Shown here in pieces: positions 52,321 to 64,000 of a DNA stretch of 64,000 bases. Both the position numbers and the translations under genes were made by a program. The notes beneath the pieces are model-generated. The model did not search any database. It was not told where the DNA came from and worked only from the letters and a program-made list of their open reading frames with translations. Location: the NCBI RefSeq assembly GCF_001194135.2, contig NC_069004.1, positions 14,381,384-14,445,383 on the forward strand, given 5' to 3'. The first letter of the stretch is position 1. Each line of letters opens with the position of its first letter. Origin of the DNA: Octopus bimaculoides. Lineage: Eukaryota.

Positions 52321-52466
52321 TTAAAAAATACCTTAGGAATGAGAACCCAGGTTTGAAATTTCCCCAAGACACCTGATGAAGGCTGGAGGGTATATCAGCA
52401 GATATGTTGTGTTAACAACAAACAAGATGAGGACATCCATCAAATGTAAATAATGCTAATAATGTA
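52167..52466 (+). mobile_element. tRNA-headed SINE-like element with an internal (AAT)n and a Penelope-type hammerhead-like 3' module
   Basis: A box tggcatagtgg, B box gagttcgattcc, (AAC)/(AAT)n, then acac CTGATGA a ggctg..cagca gatat gtt gtgt. Confidence 0.7.
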
Positions 52467-53288
52467 GCTTTTTATTGTTTTAGATTGATAAAATCTAGTA
52501 TCAGTCAAATGTTGGTGTCACTCTAATTAAATAACTCCTCCTGCCAAGTTTCAGGGCTTGTATTTATGTTAGAAACAATTATTATAGACATTATTGACCA
52601 CACGTATTCAATGTATGTCCTTTGTTTACTGGTAAGCTGCAGTTTAGCATGGTGGGGATGATTCCCTGAAAGCAATGGATGTTAAAACACCTCACCTGAA
52701 AGTCATGTACTTGGATCTCATCCAGGAGTGATGGGCATCAATGTTTTGCCATTTTTGTGGCTTATCAACATCATGTACCCAAACTGAATTGAAGGTGAGC
52801 TGAATTGCCCATCTTTGACTATATACAAATAGTGTAAAAGCCATTTGCTGGTATGCCATGACAATGGATACATCTTATAATAATTCTTCTTGTTCCTCCA
52901 TTACTACCTAGCCTGTCCACAATGTTTTCACATGATTAGTTGAAGGAGAGGTAGAGGGGAGGGAGGGAGGAGGAGGAAAGGAGAGGTGGTGGTGGTGGTG
53001 GTGCAGCCCCTATTTTCCCATGTATTTCTCAAGATTTTTACTCACTGTACCCAGGGCTTCAGGTATTGGTACTACTACCACCTTTTTCAGCAACCACAAC
53101 TGCTAACCTATCATATCTATCAACTTTTCTTTCTTCCTTATCACATACCTTGTTGTCAGCTGTGCATGCTATATCTCTGATCCAGCATTGTGTGCTTTCT
53201 TTCTTAATTAAGACTATGTGACTAATAATGACCAGACATAGTCATTACTATTATTATTATCATTATTATTTTTTTTTTTTCTGTTAAA

Positions 53289-53425
53289 AATGGTGAGCTG
53301 GCAGGCTCTTAAACACACTGCACAAAACACTTAGTGGCATTTCGTCCATCTTTATGTTCTGAGTTCAAATTCCACTTAGGCCAACTTTACCTTTCACTCT
53401 TTTGGGGTTGATAAAATAAGTACCA
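53289..53425 (+). mobile_element. Family A SINE within (TTA)n
   Basis: ggtgagctggcagg..gagttcaaattcc..ggggttgataaaataagtacc; TTA-rich tract upstream and (TTA)n downstream. Confidence 0.8.
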
Positions 53426-53749
53426 TTATTATTATTATTATGCAATAAGAAGTGCGTGATTTGATTTGTAATAAATAGAAACTGACTCTGTTTTTTCAGT
53501 TGAACAACATTTTGACAGTGTGCTTGTCTTTCTCGTGTTCAAAATGAAAAGAATACAGAAGTACAGAAATTCAAAATATGAACAGGAATATGCTGTGTTC
53601 ATTTTTAGATGAAATGACATTCTCAGTTTTCACTTTTTCATAACTGGTAACAAGGAAAAATAAGACAGGAGAAAGAATAAAAAAGACAACAGGAGAGAGA
53701 ACACTTAGTCAAAAAGTTTTATGTAAAGTTGATAGAATTCACCTGTCAT

Positions 53750-54190
53750 TTTGTTTATTCCTCTGGGGCATGATGTTAGTAATTCAAAATGAATTTATCC
53801 TCATGTGTTTTGAGGACTGAAAGTGCAGTAGAGTCAAAATATTTTCTGAGAATGCACATTTTCAGGTGTTCTTCAAAATTGCAACCATTTCATGTTAAAT
53901 GTTCAACATGTTCCATTGTGATTGACGCCATACCTATGCCCATTGAATGCTTTATTTAATTGCCGTGTTGTGCAACCAACATAAATCAAATTGTGTTTGG
54001 TGCATTCCAACTGGGAATCTTTCTCTCTATAAATCATAAATTTTCTGTTATAATTTGCAATGGAATTGACTTAATTCATGTTGTTGCCCAATGTACAGGG
54101 CTTACTTACATTTCTTGTAGATGTTTTTCTTGGTACAACATTCAGAATTACCAGTGGTAGTTTTATTGGGATTAGAGGCAGTGGTTAATT
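53750..54190 (-). mobile_element. Penelope-like GIY-YIG endonuclease fragment (distinct from the 22 kb lineage)
   Basis: The minus strand reads CTKHNLIYVGCTTRQLNKAFNGHR..NGCNFEEHLKMCIL..EDKFI..APEE. Confidence 0.75.
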
Positions 54191-55105
54191 GTTCTCTTAT
54201 ATTTTTATAGACACACACACACTTTCACATATTCTGTCTACCACATCTACTCACAAGGTTTTGGTTGGTTGAACGCCATAGGGAAAAACACTTGCCCAAT
54301 GTACTGCACAGTGAGGTTGAATCTGAGACCACATAGCTAAAAATTAATATATAGATATATAAATATAGGTGAAGGCATGGCTGTGGGGTAAGAACCTTGC
54401 TTCTCAACCACATGGTTCTGGGTTCAGTTCCACTGTGTGGCATTTTGAGCAAGTGTCTTTTACTATAGCTTCAGGCCAACCAATTTAATTCCAGGTGAGC
54501 CATGAGTGAACATGCATGTGATCAAAGTTGTCTCAGCTGTAATGATACTGTCTTTCATTTAAAAGAAAAATGGATAATGCTCCTTCCTGAGTCATATAGT
54601 CTCATAAGACCAGTTTCCTGCTTTCTGCGGTGTATTTATTCCTCACCTGGATGGAACGTCAGTCCATCACAGAATTACTCATTTTTGCCAGCTGAGTGGA
54701 CTGGAACAACATGAAACAAAAGATTTTGCTCAAGAACACAAGACATAACCTCATCCAGGAATTGATCTCACAATCTTATGATCATGAGTGTAACACCTCA
54801 AACACTAAACCACATGCCTTCACTGTCTTTCATTTGGACATATTCTATCTAAGACTACATTATCTAATGTGTCCTTCCTTTTATTAAGACAGTACTGTAT
54901 ACTTTGAATGTGATTTCTAGCTGAACATTTGACCAAGCAGTGCCTCACTTGTCAGATGATCCTGTCACAAACTTGTAATAAACAAGTGTATGACCGTCAT
55001 AACAGTCTACCAAAAATGTGTGGGCGAAGAAGAATTTGACCAGACCATTCCAGAGTAAATGGGAAATAGAAGCAGGACAGGGAAGAAGTGCTGGGGAGGT
55101 GGTCA

Positions 55106-55326
55106 CCCTTTAGCATTCAGTTTATTCTGTCAAATATTACACTTACTTATTCACATTATTTTGAATTAATCATAAATCATGCTTTAGGTTTGAGATTTTA
55201 ATGATATGATTGTTCATTTTTAGAATGTTATTGTTGGGCAGGTTTGAGCCAATCTGTCCAGTTTGAACAAAAAAACAAGTTGAACCATAGGGCTAGATAT
55301 GACTGGCTTACCCACTAAATGGTTAA
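55106..55326. mobile_element. piggyBac-like MITE
   Basis: ccctttagcatt ... actaaatggTTAA; same family as 3058 and 38549. Confidence 0.65.
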
Positions 55327-56360
55327 CCCTTCTTGTTACCATATTTCCATTGATATACACTGCTTTTGTTTCAAATGGTTCTAAAAATAATGAAGAATTT
55401 CGTAAAAATAACTTTGTCATTATTAAACTGGTGTTTGGGACATAAATAAACAGGAAATTTTGAAGGGAAGTTTTAATTTAAATCATTTTAAAACAGGAGG
55501 TTTATATTGTGGCTGTTAGATATTGGTCACCACTTGTGCTTGTGCTGAGTTCCTAACTGTAAGAAGCAGTGCATGACTGCAAATGTTGGGAGCTGTTGAG
55601 TGCTGGTTGTTGGTTGTTGAGTGCTGGCTGTTGGTTGTTGAGTGCTGGCTGTTACCTGTTGAGTGCTGGCTGTTACCTGTTGAGTGCTGGCTGTTACCTG
55701 TTGAGTGCTGGCTGTTACTTGTTGAGTGCTGGCTGTTATTTCTAATGTTAGAGGTCAACAGTTGTACATAGAAGAAAATGACAAAATCTGTTGAGGTTTT
55801 TATGAATTAACTTTATGTCTAGTTGAGAAAGTTTGAATGTTATTGAAATAGTTTTACAATGAATATTGAGAGAGTTAGGATATTGTTGCAATTGAAATAG
55901 TATTAAAAAAGTTATTGTGAGACAGTGTATTGTTGTGGATAGTTTGTTATGTTGAAAGTCAATTGTGTTGCTGTCAGTAGTTCATCATGATGATATTAGC
56001 TAGGTTCAGCTGCTACCCATGTCTGTTCATTATGTCATCTGCTGGTCATTTCTGCTACATCCCAAAACTCTCTGAGTCTAGCGGTCACATGTGTTAATTT
56101 TATTCCGATTCAGATGCTCAGAAAGGAGCATGCTAAAAGTTGAGATTAGTCACTGGAGCCGATTCCATGTGAAGTCATGATTGGCCAAATCCCATCGATC
56201 ACATGGGCAATATTCTTTCCAGTGTAAGTTGCAATCGATCAGATTCACTGATCATGTGGTCAAACATTTCAGGGAATCATGACATCAGTTGATCGCTGAA
56301 TATTCTCACTACAGTATCATAGAACAATAAGTAGTCTCAGAGAGGTTGGCATCAAAAGGG
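55327..56360. mobile_element. TTAA-flanked piggyBac-like non-autonomous element (~1 kb)
   Basis: TTAA|cccttcttgttacca ... ttggcatcaaaaggg|TTAA. Confidence 0.6.
55595..55741. repeat. 21-bp minisatellite, 7 units (gttgagtgctggctgttacct)
   Basis: Seven consecutive units counted at exact 21-bp spacing. Confidence 0.97.
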
Positions 56361-56932
56361 TTAAACAGCTTGAAGGACAGATTTAGTTTAACGTAACAAA
56401 CAAACTATTGTGATTATAACTATACAACTCATTGCCAATTAAACTTAAGAGAAATACTTCCTTTATAGTTAATTTATTTGGCCATTAATCATGCATTAGG
56501 TTCTTCATTTCGACAACGAGTCACTTTGTTTTGGACTTTTAATCTCATTTTTTTATATCTTTCCCCCACTTATTTATATATTTTTATATTTAATTATTTA
56601 TACAATTTTTTCAAACAATTTCTATAAAATGTTTAGCTGCTGAGACCTAAACTAATATATGCTGCTTCTGCATATATTACCATAGAATATGGCACTATTA
56701 ACCTTGTTCTTAAAGAGAATATCCTCATTTTATGTATATATATATATATATATATTACACTTTTTATATTCTATATTTTCTTAATTTTTACTTTGGCCTA
56801 AATATCATGAGAAAATTTATTCAAACACTTAAATAATTCACAAGGTTTGCCAATATATACAAATTAGATATCAGAATTGATGCACAATATATAAATACTT
56901 AAATTCTTATTTAGCTCCACTATATTACTCTT

Positions 56933-56982
<50 letters not shown>

Positions 56983-57322
56983 TTTCTTTCTTCATTCACA
57001 AACACACACACACATACACATACACATATACAAATAAGCATTTGTGTGTATGTGTGAGTAGGGGATTGATCAGCAGTTAATAGAGCATTGGGTAAAATAC
57101 TCTGCAGTATTCATTCTGGATCTCAGCATTGTAAGTTCAAAACCCAGTGGAGTTATTTTTATCTGTAATTCTTTTAGGATCAATGAATGAAGTACCAGTC
57201 AAGTACACTTTCTGTTGGCTGTGTTCAAACTTGCAGAGCAGTGGGTTCTGCCAGGTCGAAAATGCTTGAGACACACCTTATGTTTTAACAATGCCCTGCA
57301 ACTTCATCAAGAATTCATGGTC

Positions 57323-57404
<82 letters not shown>

Positions 57405-58024
57405 NNNNNNNNNNNNNNNNNNNNNNNNNNNNNNNNNNNNNNNNNNNNNNNNNNNNNNNNNNNNNNNNNNNNNNNNNNNNNNNNNNNNNNNNNNNNNNNN
57501 NNNNNNNNNNNNNNNNNNNNNNNNNNNNNNNNNNNNNNNNNNNNNNNNNNNNNNNNNNNNNNNNNNNNNNNNNNNNNNNNNNNNNNNNNNNNNNNNNNNN
57601 NNNNNNNNNNNNNNNNNNNNNNNNNNNNNNNNNNNNNNNNNNNNNNNNNNNNNNNNNNNNNNNNNNNNNNNNNNNNNNNNNNNNNNNNNNNNNNNNNNNN
57701 NNNNNNNNNNNNNNNNNNNNNNNNNNNNNNNNNNNNNNNNNNNNNNNNNNNNNNNNNNNNNNNNNNNNNNNNNNNNNNNNNNNNNNNNNNNNNNNNNNNN
57801 NNNNNNNNNNNNNNNNNNNNNNNNNNNNNNNNNNNNNNNNNNNNNNNNNNNNNNNNNNNNNNNNNNNNNNNNNNNNNNNNNNNNNNNNNNNNNNNNNNNN
57901 NNNNNNNNNNNNNNNNNNNNNNNNNNNNNNNNNNNNNNNNNNNNNNNNNNNNNNNNNNNNNNNNNNNNNNNNNNNNNNNNNNNNNNNNNNNNNNNNNNNN
58001 NNNNNNNNNNNNNNNNNNNNNNNN

Positions 58025-58067
<43 letters not shown>

Positions 58068-58149
58068 ATATAATATTTTATATATATATCAATAAAATTT
58101 CATATATGTATATTAATATCTAGTTGCCAAGGCCATATGTATAAAATTT

Positions 58150-58735
58150 CATAAGATGAAGTGGGGGTCACAGCTAGATTCCTCACAGGTAAGAGACAGA
58201 GATTCAAATTTTTCTGGGTTGGTAGGAAGGATGGAGTAGGTGGCATAGGCATACAGTTAGCAGAAAAGTGGGTAGATAAGGTAATTAAGGTAGCCAGAGT
58301 ATGTGATAGGGTGATTAAGGTGAGACTTATCCTAGGTAAATTAACAGTTACATTTATCTCTGCCTATGCTCCTCAGCCTGGGCTGACTGATGAGCAGAAG
58401 GACCAATTCTATGAGGTTCTTTTTGTTGTTGTGGCTGATGACTTCAATGGACATGATGGACAGCATCCCCATGGATTCCAGGGAGTGCATGAGGGTTATG
58501 ATCTTGGACCTAGAAATGAAGAGGGAACAAGACTGCTGGAGTTTTGTGATGCAAATGGTCTCATGATCTGCAACAGTAACTTCAAAATACCAGCCAACCA
58601 CCTAATCACTTATCAGTCTGGTGAGCACATAAGCCAGGTTGACTACCTCCTCACCAGGCAACGAGATTGATGGATGCTTAAAGTCTTTCCCTGGTGAAGA
58701 GTGTACAGCCCAACGTAGGTTGTTCACCTGAAGCA
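58150..58735 (+). mobile_element. RTE LINE apurinic-like endonuclease (APE) fragment
   Basis: FFWVG..GVGGIGI..DRVIKVRL..ISAYAPQ..DDFNGH..RNEEGTRLLEFC..NSNF..ITYQSG..SQVDYLL; internal deletion before DFN. Confidence 0.93.
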
Positions 58736-59507
58736 TTTCTTAGTGCTTTTTACTACTTGATGTGGTTAGCAAGAGCCTGGAATATATCTGAGAGCTCTTA
58801 TGGTATCTGCTTGGATAATTTATCCCTATATATTCATCGTATTATCCATCCATCCATCCATACATACATACATACATACATACATACACACACACACATA
58901 TTAAATTTGTGTGATCTTTATATACCTTTGTCTGTTTGCTTGCCTGCCTGCCTGTCTGCCTATCTGTCTGTCTATCTATCTATATGTGCGTTTTTGTGTG
59001 TGTGTATATATATACGTATATATGTGTGTGTGTGTGTGTGTGTATGTGTGTATAGATATATACACATATATATATATATTTGTGTGTGAGTGTGTGTATA
59101 CTTATAAACCACTTCATCCTGATACACACNNNNNNNNNNNNNNNNNNNNNNNNNNNNNNNNNNNNNNNNNNNNNNNNNNNNNNNNNNNNNNNNNNNNNNN
59201 NNNNNNNNNNNNNNNNNNNNNNNNNNNNNNNNNNNNNNNNNNNNNNNNNNNNNNNNNNNNNNNNNNNNNNNNNNNNNNNNNNNNNNNNNNNNNNNNNNNN
59301 NNNNNNNNNNNNNNNNNNNNNNNNNNNNNNNNNNNNNNNNNNNNNNNNNNNNNNNNNNNNNNNNNNNNNNNNNNNNNNNNNNNNNNNNNNNNNNNNNNNN
59401 NNNNNNNNNNNNNNNNNNNNNNNNNNNNNNNNNNNNNNNNNNNNNNNNNNNNNNNNNNNNNNNNNNNNNNNNNNNNNNNNNNNNNNNNNNNNNNNNNNNN
59501 NNNNNNN

Positions 59508-59547
<40 letters not shown>

Positions 59548-59849
59548 CTACACACTCCCTCACATACATGATACTTTTATTCACACATGAGTTACTTATA
59601 TTTCGGACTCTTCATACAAAAGAAATTTGATGAAACAAATTGTTGTTTCAGGAGAATGGAAAACTCAATGAAGCATGACCAAATTTTAATTTAGAAACAA
59701 GACAAGAATTTTCTATTTATTTTACAAGAAGGGTTGGACTAAACACTGCCAATGTAGCAACTATATACCACAAACTTTCTAGCAGTTTGACCCAAATTAA
59801 TGAAGGGAGTCTATATTTGATTATTCAACTAACAAGACTTCTTATTGTG

Positions 59850-60070
59850 ACCAAAGTCGAACATTCCTGATGAAGTCTCTCCATAATTCCTGATTTTCAA
59901 TCGCTCCTGGCAACTGCTCTTTACTGAGGTTTGTATTGTCTGAGAGTTGATCGATGAATGTTCAAGCAGGTCTTCCTCTACTGTGTCTGTTGTGAGTTTG
60001 TTCTCACAATAGTAGCTTGTGTATAACTTCCTGCTTATGTCTCCACCAAGACAATATCAACCGAATGTCC
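59850..60070 (-). mobile_element. RTE/RTEX-type LINE 3' fragment
   Basis: Reads RGRPA*TFIDQLSDNTNLSKEQLPGAIENQELWRDFI. Confidence 0.75.
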
Positions 60071-61125
60071 TTTCAATAACTACTCTGTCTCAAGGCATTA
60101 CAAGAAACCAGTTATGGATTTGTTTTTCTGATTTTTCGGTTGGTAGTCAAATACATTATTTACTTGACCATCCCCATAACTTAGTAGTTCGGCAAAAGAC
60201 ACTGATAGAAAAAAAGTAACAGGTTTAAAAAGAAAGTAAGTATTGGGGTTGATTTGTTCATCTAAAAATCCTGAAGGTGGGGCCACAGTCAAATGACTGA
60301 TAGAAGTAAAAGATAAAAGATATATATATATAGAATCTAATACAAGGAATCAAGTTTCTCTTATAGGGATAGAAACATCCAAATTTCACTTGTTTAACTG
60401 GTTTAATACCCAATATAGTAGAAACAATTTTCTACGATACGATACAAATGAGTATATATACAATATACAAAATAAAAAACAGAAAATAGAGAGTTCAAAC
60501 GGACATATACTCTTTAGTCTTTTACTTGTTTCAGTCATTTGACTGAGGCAATGCTGGAGCACCACCTTCCAGTACTCACAGGTGCTTATTTCTGATCATC
60601 AGCTGGTAAACCGAGTCTGGTTCTCTTTTGAATATTCCCCGTCTGAGTATTTTATAAAATATGAAATGGAAGTTTAAAGGAAATGCTTACCCTTATGTTC
60701 TTCCATTTAAAATCCTTTGTGAATGACACATGCAAAAAAACAGCTGCTTCAAGCACATGCTTTTGATTTCATTTCTGGTTCCTGTGCTAACAATATTATA
60801 AACATCATAAACTCTATATGATGAAAGTCATGAAATTATGTTGCTGTTTAAGCAATGTTCCAAATAATATTTTAAATTAATACTTTTAATTAATGCTTGT
60901 TTTTAAAAACAATGAGTGTGTATGCGGGTGTTCATTTTACATGCGCCTGAACAGATGCATACATATAGACATATGTACACACACAGACACAGACATATAT
61001 AAACATAGGATTATATTTTCATGTTTACACATATACATACACGTATACATATGCACATAAGCTTATATACACATACCCACATATATGTACATATGCATAT
61101 CAAAACTTATCGAAACTGAACCAAA

Positions 61126-61567
61126 TCTGATGACTGGTAGCCGTGCCAATGGAGCGCTAACAGCACCACCCGAGCGGGATCACTGCCAGAGCAGTGGTCT
61201 CGCTCTCGTGCCGGTAGCATTTTAAAAGCACCATTTGAGCATGATCGAGCTTCACCTTACTGGCACTTGTGCCGATGGCATGTGAACAAAACATTGGACT
61301 GACTCCTGTGCAGGTGGCACGTAAAAAACACCATTTGAGCGTGGCTTTTGTCAGTACCGCGGGACTGGCCTTCATGCTGGTGGCACATAAAAAGCACCCA
61401 CTATCGGAGTGGTTGGCATTAGGAAGGGTATCCAGCTGTAGAAACTCTACCAGATCAGATTGGAGTCTGGTGTAGCTATCTGGTTCACCAGTCCCCAGTC
61501 AAATCGTCCAACCCATGCTAGCATAGAAAGCGGATGTTAAGTGATGATGATGATGATAATGATGATG
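61126..61567 (+). mobile_element. Longest RTE 3'-UTR copy (family E) with five tandem units
   Basis: GTGC(C/A/T)-type unit starts near 61143, 61208, 61269, 61308 and 61374, followed by the conserved 3' end and (GAT)n. Confidence 0.88.
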
Positions 61568-62010
61568 AATAAAACCTATTAATTAAAGATTTTGTAAACC
61601 AACATTTTTTTTCAAACCAGAACAAAATTCAAGGAGGCTTGTAGGTGCATAAAAAGTACTTAGCTACATGCATACAAGGCACTGACAGTTCAGTTCTTTT
61701 GTTCAAACTATTGGTGCTTTGAGTCAAAATTCTCGGATTTTTTCCTCAAACAAAGGTCACAATGCATCTTTGATTTGCAGCTCTCATTCTTGTAAGTTGT
61801 GCATTATCTACAATACACCAGGTATTTCCGAATTCATGCAAGAACCATATAAACTATATGAACAGAAACTGAAAGAAATCCCATAGAAACTACACCAAAA
61901 TAGATAATAGAGCTTTGTTCAGCCTTCCTGCTTGTCAGCTTTTATCAAACCATCCAATCCATGCCAGCATGGAAGACAGACATTAAAGGAAGATGATGTA
62001 TGCATATATG

Positions 62011-62053
<43 letters not shown>

Positions 62054-62355
62054 NNNNNNNNNNGCATGTGCCTGTGTGTCTGTGCATTACTGTTTATTTC
62101 ATCATCATCATCATCATCATTTAGCATCCGTTTTCCATGCTGGCATGGGTTAGACAACTTGACTGGAACTGGTAAGCTGAAGAGCTGCACCAAGCGCCAG
62201 TCTGATTTGGCTTGGTTTCTATGACTGGATGCTCTTTCTAACACCAACCACTCCACAGATTGGACCAGGTGTCTTTTACACTTCACCAGCACAGGTGTCT
62301 TTTACACGTCACTAGCATTGGCCATGACTACAATTTCACTTCGCTTGATGTGTCT

Positions 62356-62568
62356 TCTCAGGCCGTTGCCAGTACCGCCTGACTGGCCCTCATGCTGGTG
62401 GCACGTAAAAGCACCCACTATACTCTCTGAGTGGTTGGTGTTAGGAAGGGCATCCAGCTGTAGAAACTCTGCCAGATCAGATTGGAGCCTGGTGCAGCCA
62501 TCTGGTTCGCCATTCCTCAGTCAAATTGTCAACCCATGCTAGCATGGAAAGCAGACGTTAAACGATGA
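62356..62568 (+). mobile_element. RTE 3'-UTR copy (family E), divergently next to an older minus-strand copy (62100-62310)
   Basis: gccagtaccgcctgactggccc..gacgttaaacgatga. Confidence 0.85.
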
Positions 62569-62590
62569 ATAATAATAATAATAATAATAA

Positions 62591-62805
62591 TCTTTTTTGC
62601 TGTAGGCACAAGGCCTGAAATTTTGGGGGAGAGGGCCAGTCGATTAGATCGACCCCAGTATGCAACTAGTATTTAATTTATCAACCCCAAAAGAATGAAA
62701 GGCAAAGTCGACTTCGACAGAATTTGAACTCACAACATGGTGACAGATAAAATACTGCTAAGCATCTCATCCAGCATGGAAACGTTACTGCCAGTTTGCC
62801 GCCTT
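62591..62805 (-). mobile_element. Family A SINE embedded in (TAA)n
   Basis: Complete head-to-tail copy with (TAA)n arrays at 62569-62590 and 62809-62835. Confidence 0.88.
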
Positions 62806-63289
62806 ACATAATAATAATAATAATAGTAATAATGATTGCCTTGATGCAATATCAGGCACTGGCTCTCATGACTTCTGATCTTAACTGATTGGAAATATTA
62901 TCATGTACATGTTTTGTCTTGGTATACAAGATGGGCTACAGCAAATATTCTTTCTGTTCAGTACCATAGATTTGCTTGTCAATTGCTTGACGTTAACCAG
63001 TCGAGCATACATACATATATACATGCACAAGGCTTTAGCCAGCCTGGGGCTATAGTAGAAGACACTTGGCCAAGGTGCTCATATAGTGGGACTGAACCTA
63101 AGAACACATGGGTGGGAAGGAAACTTCTTGACCACACAGCTATGCCTGCACCTATCTATATCTATATATAACTATATCTGTCTGTGTACATATATGTATA
63201 TTCATATATATCTATTTATATATTCATATTTATATATATCTCTATATCCTATCTATCTTATTATATGCACACACACATATATGTATGTG

Positions 63290-63320
<31 letters not shown>

Positions 63321-64000
63321 NNNNNNNNNNNNNNNNNNNNNNNNNNNNNNNNNNNNNNNNNNNNNNNNNNNNNNNNNNNNNNNNNNNNNNNNNNNNNNNN
63401 NNNNNNNNNNNNNNNNNNNNNNNNNNNNNNNNNNNNNNNNNNNNNNNNNNNNNNNNNNNNNNNNNNNNNNNNNNNNNNNNNNNNNNNNNNNNNNNNNNNN
63501 NNNNNNNNNNNNNNNNNNNNNNNNNNNNNNNNNNNNNNNNNNNNNNNNNNNNNNNNNNNNNNNNNNNNNNNNNNNNNNNNNNNNNNNNNNNNNNNNNNNN
63601 NNNNNNNNNNNNNNNNNNNNNNNNNNNNNNNNNNNNNNNNNNNNNNNNNNNNNNNNNNNNNNNNNNNNNNNNNNNNNNNCATAAAAAATGTTATAAAATT
63701 TACTTCTAAAGAAAGTGAAAAAAATTTTTTTTTTTTATTTTGAATATTTACATTTCACAAAGAAATTTCTTTTAAATTTTTGTCTTTTTTATGCTTTTAC
63801 TGCTATTTTCTCTCTTGATATTTGTTGCAATCAACTTAAATCTTTCTTTTAAATGACAGAAAGAAATAGAAAAAAAAAAAAAAATAAGAAGAAATATATG
63901 TATAAACAACAGTATGTTTATTCCAGTTTTTCAAAATAAATATTGTTTCTGGGAAAATTCATTACAGAAATTTGTACATTTTAAAACTTCATTTTTTTTC

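Noticed and set aside
53937-54110. Minus-strand donor sites suggesting host exons
   Set aside because: The frame is a Penelope GIY-YIG remnant (IYVGCTTRQL).
55595-55741. CRISPR-like array
   Set aside because: Contiguous tandem units with no unique spacers, in a eukaryotic context.
55516-55771. ORFs with STGNSQH / LPVECWL repeats
   Set aside because: Openness follows automatically from a stop-free 21-bp unit; there is no flanking gene context.
3784-63743. Long ORFs containing X runs or HT/YI/CV dipeptide repeats
   Set aside because: Artefacts of assembly gaps and (TA)n/(CA)n/(TG)n microsatellites.

Overview
AT-rich, CpG-depleted animal genomic DNA from a gapped draft assembly; the N-runs are mostly flanked by (TA)n/(CA)n microsatellites. 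The repeat landscape strongly suggests an octopus (coleoid cephalopod) intron or intergenic region; the taxon is inferred from recognised repeat families and was not checked by a search. No intact host gene could be identified. Most listed ORFs are microsatellite or gap artefacts. The recognisable protein-coding remnants all come from transposons: RLE-type non-LTR elements (R4/Dong/HERO-like, five fragments), RTE LINEs (APE domain and RT 3' ends), two Penelope-like GIY-YIG fragments, mariner, maT-like and Tigger-like transposases. There are also dozens of tRNA-derived SINE copies in three families, many 5'-truncated RTE 3'-UTR copies, and several MITEs. The most interesting signals are RNA-structural. 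A near-complete minimal hammerhead ribozyme sits inside a 440-bp foldback element (49075-49119). A tRNA-headed element carries a degenerate hammerhead tail (52167-52466). There is a pre-miRNA-like hairpin (43186-43253), several long inverted repeats including a ~700-bp local inverted duplication, and evidence of microsatellite-targeted and SINE-into-SINE insertion.
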